DNA from: Mediterranea sp.
GTDB taxonomy: Bacteria; Bacteroidota; Bacteroidia; Bacteroidales; Bacteroidaceae
Direction: 5' to 3'
Assembly (NCBI GenBank): GCA_031261785.1
Contig: JAISIZ010000094.1
Span: 1,471-65,470 of the forward strand
Length of the DNA stretch: 64,000 bases
Each line of letters opens with the position of its first letter. Position 1 is the stretch's first letter. The translations under genes and the position numbers were made by a program. The notes below the pieces were generated by a model that saw nothing but the letters and a program-made list of their open reading frames with translations, was not told the DNA's origin and made no database searches. Positions 40,842 to 51,209 of this stretch are shown here, piece after piece.

Positions 40842-42320
40842 ATGGTTACAAATCAGAATAAGACGGATATCGGGCTGGTAGGCTTGGCCGTGATGGGCGA
40901 GAACCTTGCCCTGAACATGGAAAGTAAAGGTTGGCGTGTATCGGTGTACAACCGTGTCGTGCCGGGCGTGGAAGAAGGCGTGGTGGAACGCTTTGTCAAC
41001 GGCCGCGGCAAAGGCAAGAACATCCAGGGATATACGGACGTGAAGGATTTCGTGGCATCGCTCTCGTCGCCCCGCAAAATCATGATGATGATACGGGCCG
41101 GAAGCCCCGTGGACGAGATGATGGAACAACTCTTTCCGCTGCTCGCGCCGGGCGACATCCTCATCGACGGCGGCAACTCCAACTACGAGGACACCAACCG
41201 GCGGGTGAAGCTGGCCGAGGAGCGCGGCTTCCTGTTCGTGGGAAGCGGCGTGTCGGGCGGCGAAGAAGGCGCCCTCAACGGCGCGTCCATCATGCCCGGC
41301 GGCTCGGCCAAGGCATGGCCCGAGGTGAAGCCCATCCTGCAAAGCATAGCGGCGAAGGCCGACGACGGCACGCCCTGCTGCCAGTGGGTGGGACCGCAGG
41401 GAGCGGGACACTTCGTGAAGATGATCCACAACGGCATCGAGTATGGCGACATGCAGCTCATCTCCGAGGCCTACTGGGTGATGAAGAACCTGCTCCGGAT
41501 GAGCAACGATGAGATGGCCGCCGAGTTCGCCCGCTGGAACGAGGGAAAGCTGCGGAGCTACCTCATCGAGATCACCTCGCATATCCTCGGACACAAGGAC
41601 GAGCGAGGCGAGTACCTCATCGACCAGATTCTCGACACCGCCGGACAGAAAGGCACCGGCAAATGGTCGGTCATCAACGCCATGGAGCTGGGTATGCCCC
41701 TCGAGCTTATCGCCACGGCCGTGTTCGAACGCAGCCTATCGGCCGAGAAGGAGTTGCGCGTGAACGCCTCCAGGCTGCTGCGCCGACCCATCACGATGCA
41801 AGTGTACGACCGGCCGACCATACTCCACCAGCTCGCCTCGGCGCTCTACGCCTCCAAGCTCGTCTCCTACTCGCAAGGCTTCGCCGTGCTGCAGAAAGCG
41901 TCGAAAGAGTTTGGCTGGAACCTCGACCTGGCCTCTATCGCCCGTATGTGGCGTGGCGGATGCATCATCCGCAGCGTGTTCCTCAACGACATCGCCGCCG
42001 CCTTCGAGGCCGACGAAAAACCCGAGCACCTGCTGCTCGCCCCCTTCTTCCGCGAAGAGATGGAATCCATGCTCTACGGCTGGAAGAATATCGTGGCCGA
42101 GGCCACCAAGACGGAGATCCCCGTGCCGGCCTTCGCCTCGGCGCTGAACTATTACTACTCCCTCTCGTCGGCCGATCTTCCGGCCAATATGATACAGGCG
42201 CAGCGCGACTACTTCGGCGCCCACACCTTCGAGCGGGTGGACCAGCCCCGCGGGAAGTTCTTCCACGAGAACTGGACGGGACACGGCGGCACCACCAAGT
42301 CGGGAACATACAACGTATAA
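40842..42320 (+). CDS. gnd: 6-phosphogluconate dehydrogenase (NADP, decarboxylating)
   Basis: GLAVMG, IDGGNS, VSGGEEGA, KMIHNGIEY, QKGTGKW, QAQRDYFGAH. Confidence 0.98.
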   Translation: MVTNQNKTDIGLVGLAVMGENLALNMESKGWRVSVYNRVVPGVEEGVVERFVNGRGKGKNIQGYTDVKDFVASLSSPRKIMMMIRAGSPVDEMMEQLFPLLAPGDILIDGGNSNYEDTNRRVKLAEERGFLFVGSGVSGGEEGALNGASIMPGGSAKAWPEVKPILQSIAAKADDGTPCCQWVGPQGAGHFVKMIHNGIEYGDMQLISEAYWVMKNLLRMSNDEMAAEFARWNEGKLRSYLIEITSHILGHKDERGEYLIDQILDTAGQKGTGKWSVINAMELGMPLELIATAVFERSLSAEKELRVNASRLLRRPITMQVYDRPTILHQLASALYASKLVSYSQGFAVLQKASKEFGWNLDLASIARMWRGGCIIRSVFLNDIAAAFEADEKPEHLLLAPFFREEMESMLYGWKNIVAEATKTEIPVPAFASALNYYYSLSSADLPANMIQAQRDYFGAHTFERVDQPRGKFFHENWTGHGGTTKSGTYNV

Positions 42321-42323
42321 CGG

Positions 42324-43838
42324 ATGGAGGCTGAATGCGTTATGGATAAATTTGTCATGGTGATATTCGGCGCCTCGGGCGACCTCACCAAACGGAAACT
42401 GATGCCCGCCCTCTACTCCCTCTACCGCGAGAAGCGGCTGGGCGGAGAGTTCTACATCCTCGGCATCGGACGCACGAATTACTCCGACGAAGGCTTCCGC
42501 TCGTACATCCTGCGGGAGATGAAGGAGTTCCTCAACCCCGCCGACCTGGAGGAGGAGACGATGGCCGCCTTCGCGGACAGGCTGCGCTACCTCCCCATGG
42601 ACCCGTCGAAAGACGAGGGATACCCCGAGCTGCGGAAACGGATCGTCGAGCTGAGCGGAGCGGAGCGTCCCGACAACCTACTCTTCTACCTCGCCACGCC
42701 GCCGGTACTCTACGGCGTGGTGCCCCTGCACCTGAAGAAAGTGGGGCTGAACACCCCGCACGCGCGCATCATCGTGGAGAAGCCCTTTGGATACGACCTC
42801 AAGTCGGCTCAAGAACTAAACCAAATATATGCCTCCGTCTTCGACGAGAGCCAAGTCTACCGCATCGACCACTTCCTGGGCAAGGAGACGGCGCAGAACG
42901 TGCTGGCGCTCCGGTTCGCCAATGGTGTGTTCGAGCCGCTGTGGAACCGCAACTACATCGACTACGTGGAAGTGACGGCCGTGGAGAACCTCGGCATCGA
43001 GGAGCGCGGCGGATACTACGACGCCTCGGGCGCGCTGCGCGACATGGTGCAGAACCACCTCATACAGCTCGTCGCCCTCACCGCCATGGAGCCGCCGGCC
43101 GTGTTCAACGCCGACAACTTCCGCAACGAAGTGCTGAAGGTGTACGAATCGCTCACCCCACTCACCGAGGAGGACTTCCAGGAGCACATCGTGCGCGGGC
43201 AGTACACCGCCTCGGAGCACCGCAAGGGATACCGCGAGGAGAAAGGCGTGGCGCCCGAATCGCGCACGGAGACCTACATCGCCATGAAGCTGGGCATCAG
43301 CAACTGGCGATGGGCGGGTGTACCCTTCTACATACGCACCGGCAAGCAGATGCCTACCAAGGTGACGGAGATCGTGGTGCACTTCAAGCCTACCCCCCAC
43401 CAGATGTTCCACGCCGCCGGAGGCGAGGCGCCAAAGGCCAACGCGCTGGTGATACGCATACAACCCAACGAGGGGTTCGTGCTGAAGACGGACATGAAGA
43501 CACCCGGCGCCGGATTCGACGTGCAACAGGTGTCGATGGACTTCACCTACGGACAGCTGGGAGGCGTGCCCGCCGGCGATGCCTACGCCCGCCTCATCGA
43601 CGACTGCATACAGGGCGACCCCACCCTGTTCACCCGAGGCGACGCCGTGGAGGCGTCGTGGCGATTCTTCACTCCCGTACTCGACTACTGGAAACAGAAC
43701 CCCGACGTATCGCTCTACGGATACCCCGCCGGCACGTGGGGACCGAAGGAGAGCGAGGCCATGACGCGCGAGCACGGGGCGGAGTGGACCAATCCCTGTA
43801 AAAACCTTACCAATACGGACCAATATTGCGAGTTATGA
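42324..43838 (+). CDS. zwf: Glucose-6-phosphate 1-dehydrogenase (start may be 42342)
   Basis: GASGDL, EKPFG, RIDHFLGKE, RDMVQNH, RTGK. Confidence 0.98.
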   Translation: MEAECVMDKFVMVIFGASGDLTKRKLMPALYSLYREKRLGGEFYILGIGRTNYSDEGFRSYILREMKEFLNPADLEEETMAAFADRLRYLPMDPSKDEGYPELRKRIVELSGAERPDNLLFYLATPPVLYGVVPLHLKKVGLNTPHARIIVEKPFGYDLKSAQELNQIYASVFDESQVYRIDHFLGKETAQNVLALRFANGVFEPLWNRNYIDYVEVTAVENLGIEERGGYYDASGALRDMVQNHLIQLVALTAMEPPAVFNADNFRNEVLKVYESLTPLTEEDFQEHIVRGQYTASEHRKGYREEKGVAPESRTETYIAMKLGISNWRWAGVPFYIRTGKQMPTKVTEIVVHFKPTPHQMFHAAGGEAPKANALVIRIQPNEGFVLKTDMKTPGAGFDVQQVSMDFTYGQLGGVPAGDAYARLIDDCIQGDPTLFTRGDAVEASWRFFTPVLDYWKQNPDVSLYGYPAGTWGPKESEAMTREHGAEWTNPCKNLTNTDQYCEL

Positions 43839-44542
43839 AACAGAATATCTTCTCCACACCCCTCGAGGCGTCGCGCGCGCTCATCCATTACCTCACGGGG
43901 TTGATCGACGAGCATCCCGGCCAGACGTTCAACATCGCCCTGAGCGGTGGCACCACGCCTGCCCTGATGTTCGACCTCTGGGCGCGCGAATACAAGAAGA
44001 GCACCCCATGGGAACGCCTGCGCCTCTACTGGGTGGACGAGCGATGCGTGGCACCCGACGACCTCGACAGCAACTACGGCCTCACACGCCGTACCCTGCT
44101 CGACAAAGTGTCGCTGCCTGCCGCCAACATCTTCCGTATCGAAGGCGAGAACGTCCCCGAGGAGGAGGCCGCGCGCTATTCCGCGCTGGTCATCAACCAA
44201 GTGCCCGAACACGACGGACTGCCGCAGTTTGACGTCGTCCTGCTCGGAGCGGGATACGACGGGCATACCTCGTCCATCTTCCCCGGACAAGAGGAGCTGC
44301 TCACCACCGACAAGGTATATGCCGTAGCTACGCAGCCCAACACGGGACAGAAACGGGTGGCCCTCACCGGACGCCCCATCCTCAACGCCCGGCACGTGAT
44401 GTTCCTCATCTCGGGCAAGGGCAAGGCCGCCGTGGTGAAGAGCATCCTCGAAGACGCCGACGCCGGGCCTGCCGCCTACATCGCTCACCGAGCGGCCAAC
44501 GTGGAGCTGTTTCTCGACCAAAGCGCGGCGACGGTGGTCTGA
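43835..44542 (+). CDS. pgl: 6-phosphogluconolactonase
   Basis: ATGA overlap with zwf; SGGTTP, VDERCV, GAGYDGHTSSIFP. Confidence 0.95.
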   Translation: MKQNIFSTPLEASRALIHYLTGLIDEHPGQTFNIALSGGTTPALMFDLWAREYKKSTPWERLRLYWVDERCVAPDDLDSNYGLTRRTLLDKVSLPAANIFRIEGENVPEEEAARYSALVINQVPEHDGLPQFDVVLLGAGYDGHTSSIFPGQEELLTTDKVYAVATQPNTGQKRVALTGRPILNARHVMFLISGKGKAAVVKSILEDADAGPAAYIAHRAANVELFLDQSAATVV

Positions 44543-44560
44543 CGCATATACATTATATAT

Positions 44561-46219
44561 ATGAATACCTTCGGCGAATCCATCATTCACCGCTTCCGGC
44601 ATCGGGTGACGCACATCGCGCCACCCGATCGGTTTACCTATCCCTTCCATTATACGCCGCATCCGCTATGCGTGCTGGCGACGGAGGAGGTGAAAGCCTA
44701 TCTCGCCCGGCAGGCGCGGTGGCGGGAGGAGATCGACGCGGGGAAGATGTTCGGCGTGCTCGCCGTACGGACGACGGAGGGCGACATCGGCTATCTGGTC
44801 GCCTTCTCGGGCAACCTGGCCGGAGAGAACATTCATGCGGGTTTCGTGCCACCCGTGTACGACATGCTGCGCCCCGGCGAGTACTTCAAGGAAGAAGAGG
44901 CCGAAATATCCGCCATCAACCGACGGATAGAAAAGATGGAGAACGACCCGCATTACCTCGATTCCGTGGCGCGGAACCGGGAGGAAGTGAGGGCCTTCGA
45001 GGCGGAGCTGGAGCAAGCCAAGGCCACGATGAAGGCGGGAAAGGAGGCGCGCGACCGCCGACGGCAGACACCGCCCAAACCCACCGCGGCGGAGGAGGCG
45101 GCGATGATCCGCGAGAGCCAGTTCCAGAAGGCGGAGGTAAACCGCATATCGACGCGGTTCACGCAACGATCGGACCATCGCCTCAGCCAATACATAGCCG
45201 ACCAGTCGAAGCGCGTCGCACTAATGAAATCTTTCAGGAAACGCCGCTCGGCGGCCTTGCAGCGCTGGCTGTTCGCCCAGTTCAGGATGCGCGACGCCAA
45301 GGGTGGGGAGAAGAACCTCCTCGACATTTTTGAGCGGAGCGCGCATAAGCTGCCGCCCGCCGGGGCCGGGGAGTGCGCCTTGCCCAAGCTGCTGCAATAC
45401 GCCTACCTGAACGGGCTGAAACCGCTCGCCATGGCCGAGTTCTGGTGGGGGCGCTCGCCCGAGGGCGAGGTGAGGCATCACGGCTATTACTATCCGTCGT
45501 GCCAAGGGAAATGCGGCCCCATCCTGGCCTATATGCTGCAAGGGTTGGACGTGGACGACAATCCGCTATCGCCCAACCAACATCAAGGGCGGCAGCTCGA
45601 CCTCGTGTTCGAGGACGCCGACCTCGTGGTGGTGAACAAGCCGGCGGGCATGCTCTCCGTGCCCGGCAAGGGCGAAGATGAGGATTCGGTCTACGCCCGC
45701 CTGAGAACGCTGTATCCCGAGGCCACCGGACCGATGGTGGCGCATCGGCTCGACATGGCCACGTCGGGCCTGATGGTGGCGGCGAAGACGAAAGAGGCGC
45801 ACCAACGCCTACAGGAGCAGTTCGAGCGGCGTGAGGTGAAGAAGCGATACGTCGCCCTGCTGGAAGGAACGCTGCCCGACGACAAGCTGAGTGGACGCGT
45901 CGAACTCCCGCTCTGTCCCGACCCGCTCGACCGCCCGCGCCAGCGGGTGAGCTACGAGCACGGCAAGCCGGCCGTCACCGAATACGAAGTCTTGGAACGC
46001 ATGGACGGACGCACGCTCGTCCTCTTCCGCCCGCTCACGGGACGCACGCACCAGTTGCGGGTGCACGCCGCCCACCAGGCGGGGTTGGGACATCCCATCG
46101 TGGGCGACACGCTGTACGGGCAACCGGCCGACAGGCTCTACCTGCACGCCGAGTACCTGGAGTTCGCCCATCCGGCCACGGGCGACACTATCTGCCTGCA
46201 ACGAGAGGCTGAGTTCTGA
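44561..46219 (+). CDS. rluA: RluA-family pseudouridine synthase with long N-terminal extension
   Basis: NKPAGMLSVPG, HRLDMATSG, GRTHQLRVH, LHA. Confidence 0.9.
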   Translation: MNTFGESIIHRFRHRVTHIAPPDRFTYPFHYTPHPLCVLATEEVKAYLARQARWREEIDAGKMFGVLAVRTTEGDIGYLVAFSGNLAGENIHAGFVPPVYDMLRPGEYFKEEEAEISAINRRIEKMENDPHYLDSVARNREEVRAFEAELEQAKATMKAGKEARDRRRQTPPKPTAAEEAAMIRESQFQKAEVNRISTRFTQRSDHRLSQYIADQSKRVALMKSFRKRRSAALQRWLFAQFRMRDAKGGEKNLLDIFERSAHKLPPAGAGECALPKLLQYAYLNGLKPLAMAEFWWGRSPEGEVRHHGYYYPSCQGKCGPILAYMLQGLDVDDNPLSPNQHQGRQLDLVFEDADLVVVNKPAGMLSVPGKGEDEDSVYARLRTLYPEATGPMVAHRLDMATSGLMVAAKTKEAHQRLQEQFERREVKKRYVALLEGTLPDDKLSGRVELPLCPDPLDRPRQRVSYEHGKPAVTEYEVLERMDGRTLVLFRPLTGRTHQLRVHAAHQAGLGHPIVGDTLYGQPADRLYLHAEYLEFAHPATGDTICLQREAEF

Positions 46220-47558
46220 GCAACTGCCCCTTCATCCTGCGATACACGTACCAGAACGCCGGCACGAGGAAGAGGTCGGCCGCCACCCAGGCCGCGGGAT
46301 CGCCGTAGCATACCGCCAGGAACCCCCACGCGGGTACGGCGAAGAGGCTTACCACAATGCGGGCGATCATCTCCGAAACGCCCGAGAGCATCGCCAGGTT
46401 GGTGTAGCCCACCCCCTGGATGGAGTAACGCAGGATGCACAGCAAGCCCAGCACGGGGAAGAAGAAGCAGGAGATGTGCAGATATCGCTCCGTGAGTTCC
46501 AGGATCTCCGTCTCCGACGGGTCGACGAATATCAACGCGAAATACTTGGCACCGGCGAGGATCAAGATCATCGTCGCCACGGCGTAGACAAGCATCAGCA
46601 GGCCGCTGGCCTTGATGCCCTGCCACACCCGCTCGGGCTTTCCCGCCCCATAGTTTTGTCCGCTATACGTCGCCATGGCGATGCCGAGGCTCTCGAAGGC
46701 GCAGATGAAGAACTGCTTGATGCGCATGGCCGAGGTGAACGCCGCCACGGCCACGGTGCCCAACGCGTTGTTGGCGCTCTGCAGCATGATGCTGCCGATG
46801 GCGGTGATGGAGAACTGCAAGCCCATGGGCACGCCGATGTAGAGCAACGTCCGCGCCAGCCGGGGCTGGAACCGCCGCTCGCGGGCGGTGCCGCGCAGGA
46901 TCTCGAACTTGCGGTGCATGTAGATGTAGCACAGCACGGCCGAGAAGCCTTGCGAGAAGACCGTGGCGATGGCCGCCCCCGCCACGCCCCACCCCAGCAC
47001 GAGGATGCAGAAGAGGTCGAGCACGATGTTCATCACCGTGGAGAGCAGCAGGAACCAGAAGGGTGTCTTGCTGTCGCCCAAGGCACGGATGACGCTCGAC
47101 AGCAGGTTATAGAAGAACGTGAAGGGGATGCCGAGAAACGTCACCAGCAGGTAGGCGTACGCCCCGTCGAAGATATTGGACGGCGTGCGCATGGCGCGGA
47201 GGATGTCGGCCGTGGTGAGGCTGGTGACGAGCGTGATGACCGCGGCCATGCCGATGGAGAGCTTCAGGCTGACGGCCACGTAGCTACGCATGGTGCTGTA
47301 GTCGCGCGCGCCAAACTTCTGCGCCACCGGTATGCCGAAACCGCCGCAACAGCCGTTGCAGAAACCCAGTATGAGGAAGATGACCGAGGTGCTGGCACCT
47401 ACCGACGCCAAGGCGTTGATGCCAAGGAATTTGCCTACAATGGCGGCATCGACAAGCGAATACGTTTGTTGCAAGAGGTTGCCGAGCAAGAGCGGCAAGG
47501 TGAACTTTAAAATCAGCGGCAGGGCGGGGCCGGCCGTCATCTCTTTGGAAGTTGCCAT
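46188..47558 (-). CDS. MATE-family efflux transporter
   Basis: LQQTYSLVDAAIVG, RALGDSKTP, GVAGAAIAT, GQNYGA; -7 element TATCTTCG at 47582..47589. Confidence 0.93.
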   Translation of the reverse strand: MATSKEMTAGPALPLILKFTLPLLLGNLLQQTYSLVDAAIVGKFLGINALASVGASTSVIFLILGFCNGCCGGFGIPVAQKFGARDYSTMRSYVAVSLKLSIGMAAVITLVTSLTTADILRAMRTPSNIFDGAYAYLLVTFLGIPFTFFYNLLSSVIRALGDSKTPFWFLLLSTVMNIVLDLFCILVLGWGVAGAAIATVFSQGFSAVLCYIYMHRKFEILRGTARERRFQPRLARTLLYIGVPMGLQFSITAIGSIMLQSANNALGTVAVAAFTSAMRIKQFFICAFESLGIAMATYSGQNYGAGKPERVWQGIKASGLLMLVYAVATMILILAGAKYFALIFVDPSETEILELTERYLHISCFFFPVLGLLCILRYSIQGVGYTNLAMLSGVSEMIARIVVSLFAVPAWGFLAVCYGDPAAWVAADLFLVPAFWYVYRRMKGQLLRTQPLVAGR

Positions 47559-47708
47559 AGCATGTTTTGAGAAATCGGGCGCGAAGATAATGAAAAGGCT
47601 ATCTCGCTGATGCTTTTTTCTGTCCCAATTCTCACTTTTTAATTTAAAAAGATTACTTTTGCCCGCATATTGTTTTGGAAATCATTATTTATCTAACTCC
47701 CAGAAAGC

Positions 47709-49742
47709 ATGAAGAGAGTGAAACTCTTGCTGGCACTGTGCCTTGCTAACACCGCGCTACTCGCGCAAACCGAATCGATCCCGTCACAGGCAGAGCCTTA
47801 CAAGATGGAATACGACCTACGACTTATCGTGAAAAACCAACCCGTGGACAACGCCTACGAGGCCATACGCAAGCTGCCCGGCGTGATGACGCTCGATGGC
47901 GCTATACTCGTGGGTGGAGAAGAAGCCACGCTCACCATCAACGGAGAGGCTTCCATGCTTTCCGACGAACAAGTGCGCACCATCTTGGCCAATACGCCCG
48001 TAGACTGGGTAGACACCGCGGAGCTGATGTACCATGCCTCGGCCGACCAGCTCACCAGCGGCGCCATCATCAACATCAACCTCCGACGCACGGACGACGA
48101 CCAAGCGAACTCCCTCCGCGGAGAGCTATACGCCAAGTACAGGGAACGTCACTACCCGAGCGCGCACACGCGGGGGAACCTCTTCCTCAAGCAAGGCAAG
48201 CTCTCGGCCGACTTGACGTACGGGTACACTTTCAATCAGGAATATGCCAGCTCCATCTACCAACGGGTGTCCACTGGCACGGGAGTCTCCGATGGATACA
48301 GCGAGCCGTGGTTCTACTCCTCCGCAAGCTCGAGGATAAGCCTGCACGACGTCAGGCTGAACGCAAGTTACGCCTTTGCGCCCAATCACCAGCTGAGCCT
48401 GACCTACGCCACCGAATCGAACAACGACCACAGCGAGACACTCGACCGAAGCGATATGGATACCCCTTACGGGACTTATGTGCGGACGGAGAGCAATCAG
48501 GGACGCCAGATGACCCAGACGCACGATGCACGCATGGACTACCTGGCTCCTTTCGGGATGAAGGCGGGCGTGGAGTTCAAATTTGTCAAGCCCGAGTCGG
48601 ACTGGATGTATAGGTGGCGGCAATTCTCTGTCGACGAAAATGGCACCGAAGATCCGGCTTCTTACGGACACAGTCACTCTTGGGGACATTCGTATGACCG
48701 GACGTGGCGGTTCTACCTGGCGCAGACACACCAATTACCACTGGGCTGGAGGCTGAACTACGGCGCTTACTACACGCTTTACTCAGGATATAGACCCGAA
48801 ACGGCGGAGGATGTGGGAGGTGCGTCATTTTCCAGCGAGCTGACCGGCGTGCTGTTGTCGAGCGATAGCTATTGGGACGCACCCAAGCGTACCCAGTCGG
48901 CCCAACTTTATGCCGGCTTCGAGAAAGTCATGGGACGCTTTGCTGTGGAGGGTTTCGTGAGGGGAGTCTGGTTCGGGCACACGCGGCTGGAACGTTGGCA
49001 TTTCTTCCCTAACATAAACCTCACCTACACGCTCTCGCCCGATCATGTTTTCAGATTGGGATTGAAAGGTAACAAGCGCGACACTTCCGTCTACGGCTTT
49101 TCATACTATCCTATCTACAATCCCGACTTCTCCTATATAGCAAAATGGTTTCCCATTTCCTCCAAGGAGTACAGCGCCTCGCTCAGCTACACGCTGAAGA
49201 AAAAATACGTATTCTCAGTCTGGCTCAAACGTCGCACGCTGGATGTCAACGATCTCGAGCAGGGACTCTTCACCAACGTTTACGACCATCGGGATCAAGC
49301 CGGCTTGCAGGCTTCGATGTCGCATACATTCGGAAACTGGCTCGAGTCGCGCGTCATGCTCTCGGGCGCATGGGAGCATAACCGGGGGACAGACGCTTGG
49401 TCGGACTACCCCGTCCCGTTCAACCGCGTCAGCTTCTGGGGAATGGCGCGCATGACCAATATCTTCACCCTCCCCGTAAAGCCCGACCTGAAGTTCACGC
49501 TCACGGGCATCATCTACAGCTTCCGTCACCGGGGATACCTCAACGTGCCCACCGTGGGGAGCTTGGATACCTACTTGCGCTACACCTCGCCACGGGGACG
49601 GGTAGTGGCGACGCTCTACGGCACCGACCTCCTTGGCACTTACCAAGTGGTGATGCGCGTCCCCTCCGATCCCAACAAGCCCAACCGCAACGCCCCTTAC
49701 CGCGAGTTCGGCGCCTCGGTAGCGTGGAAGTTCGGGCGGTGA
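47709..49742 (+). CDS. Outer-membrane beta-barrel protein with plug (TonB-dependent-receptor-like)
   Basis: Signal peptide, plug-like KLPGV...ING...GAIININL, alternating beta-strands, C-terminal VAWKF; -7 element TACTTTTG at 47654..47661. Confidence 0.8.
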   Translation: MKRVKLLLALCLANTALLAQTESIPSQAEPYKMEYDLRLIVKNQPVDNAYEAIRKLPGVMTLDGAILVGGEEATLTINGEASMLSDEQVRTILANTPVDWVDTAELMYHASADQLTSGAIININLRRTDDDQANSLRGELYAKYRERHYPSAHTRGNLFLKQGKLSADLTYGYTFNQEYASSIYQRVSTGTGVSDGYSEPWFYSSASSRISLHDVRLNASYAFAPNHQLSLTYATESNNDHSETLDRSDMDTPYGTYVRTESNQGRQMTQTHDARMDYLAPFGMKAGVEFKFVKPESDWMYRWRQFSVDENGTEDPASYGHSHSWGHSYDRTWRFYLAQTHQLPLGWRLNYGAYYTLYSGYRPETAEDVGGASFSSELTGVLLSSDSYWDAPKRTQSAQLYAGFEKVMGRFAVEGFVRGVWFGHTRLERWHFFPNINLTYTLSPDHVFRLGLKGNKRDTSVYGFSYYPIYNPDFSYIAKWFPISSKEYSASLSYTLKKKYVFSVWLKRRTLDVNDLEQGLFTNVYDHRDQAGLQASMSHTFGNWLESRVMLSGAWEHNRGTDAWSDYPVPFNRVSFWGMARMTNIFTLPVKPDLKFTLTGIIYSFRHRGYLNVPTVGSLDTYLRYTSPRGRVVATLYGTDLLGTYQVVMRVPSDPNKPNRNAPYREFGASVAWKFGR

Positions 49743-49833
49743 TGGAATAAGTTGATTTGAAATAAATCTATTCCAAACTTGTTTGTTGCATGGTTCTTCG
49801 CTATCTTCGCGGAAATCATCAAACGTAGGCAAT

Positions 49834-50973
49834 ATGGAAACTCCTTTCCTGTACGGGCGAATAGCCGAGAACGAGAACTTCACGGATCGCGATAGCGAGG
49901 TCGAGTTCTTGGTGAGGAACTTCGAGAGCCTCATCAACACCATCATCATCTCCCCGAGGCGCTGGGGAAAGACTTCCTTGGTGAACAAGGCGGCGCGAAT
50001 CTTGAGGGAAAAAGAGGCGGACGTGCTGATTTGCCAAGTCGACATCTTCAACTGCCGGACCGAGGAAGAGTTTTACACGGCGTTCGCCAACGCCGTGTTG
50101 CGTTCGGCCGCGACCGCTTGGGAAGAGTTTGTCCGAGGGGTGAAAAAATACCTTGGCCAATTGGCGCCCATCGTCTCCATGTCCGACGAGGGACAGACGT
50201 ACGAGTTCTCCTTCGGCCTCAGCTTCAAGGACGCCAACCTCTCTTACGACGAGATATTGGACCTTCCGCAGACCATCGCCAACGATAAAGGGAAAAAGGT
50301 CATCGTCTGTATCGACGAGTTCCAGAACATCAACGAATACGGTGACTCGCCGGCTTTCCAGCGCAAGTTGCGTGCCCATTGGCAGAAGCACTCCTCCGTG
50401 GCCTATTGCCTGTATGGCAGCAAGCGCCACATGTTGCTGGATATATTCAATAGCTACAACATGCCTTTCTATAAGTTCGGCGATATTCTCTTCCTGCAGA
50501 AGATAAAGAAGGAGGAGTGGATCCCCTTCATCTCCCGACGCTTCGCCGACACGGGGAAGCGAATAGCCCCTGAGCTGTCGGGGCTGATTGCCGACAAGAT
50601 GAGGAACCATCCGTACTACACGCAGCAACTCAGCCAGCAAGTGTGGCTGCGCACCCCTCCCGACGCGGAGTGTACCCTTGCCATCGTGGAAGAGGCTTTC
50701 CGCGCCCTCATCGACCAATTGAGCCTGCTCTTCGCCAACATCGTCGACGCGCTCACCCCCAGGCAGATAGGCTTCCTGCTCGCCGTGGCCGACGGGGTGA
50801 CCAACTTCTCCTCCCGGGAGGTGCTGGAGAGATACAAATTGGGCACTTCTTCCAACATCAAGAACTTGAGGAACGCCACGCTGGAGAAAGACCTGATCGA
50901 CCTCCTTCCCGGAGGACGGATCGAAATGCAGGATCCCGCTTTCGAATATTGGCTCAAGCACGTCTATCGGTAG
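49834..50973 (+). CDS. P-loop ATPase (archaeal-ATPase/AAA family) with C-terminal winged-helix-like region
   Basis: F-x-D-R start, Walker A SPRRWGKTS, Walker B CIDEFQ, GSK, HPYYTQ; -7 element TATCTTCG at 49802..49809 supports start 49834. Confidence 0.85.
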   Translation: METPFLYGRIAENENFTDRDSEVEFLVRNFESLINTIIISPRRWGKTSLVNKAARILREKEADVLICQVDIFNCRTEEEFYTAFANAVLRSAATAWEEFVRGVKKYLGQLAPIVSMSDEGQTYEFSFGLSFKDANLSYDEILDLPQTIANDKGKKVIVCIDEFQNINEYGDSPAFQRKLRAHWQKHSSVAYCLYGSKRHMLLDIFNSYNMPFYKFGDILFLQKIKKEEWIPFISRRFADTGKRIAPELSGLIADKMRNHPYYTQQLSQQVWLRTPPDAECTLAIVEEAFRALIDQLSLLFANIVDALTPRQIGFLLAVADGVTNFSSREVLERYKLGTSSNIKNLRNATLEKDLIDLLPGGRIEMQDPAFEYWLKHVYR

Positions 50974-51004
50974 CGTCGCCTAAAGCTTTATCCGAGCCAA
51001 GTCA

Positions 51005-51039
51005 CCAGGGGGCAGCTTCACGTTGAAGTTGCCCCCTGG
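51005..51039. terminator. 16-bp stem-loop after the ATPase
   Basis: CCAGGGGGCAGCTTCA / TGAAGTTGCCCCCTGG (one G-T pair), loop CGT. Confidence 0.65.
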
Positions 51040-51099
51040 TCGTAGATATATTCCGTGTCTGGCTAAAAAGTCACATGTTGTCGTTTTGTCTTTTTCTGT

Positions 51100-51158
51100 T
51101 TTGGCAACTACTATTGACCCTTTGACAACCACGCCCATTTCTCCCTTCTGTACCTTTG
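51100..51158 (+). promoter_or_regulatory. Pilus operon promoter: 12-bp direct repeats (21-bp spacing) plus -7 element TACCTTTG
   Basis: TTTGGCAACTAC (51100-51111), TTTGACAACCAC (51121-51132), -7 at 51151..51158. Confidence 0.6.
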
Positions 51159-51209
51159 CCTCCAAACCAAAGAATACTTTGGAGCTAATAACCATTAATA
51201 GCTGATTAT

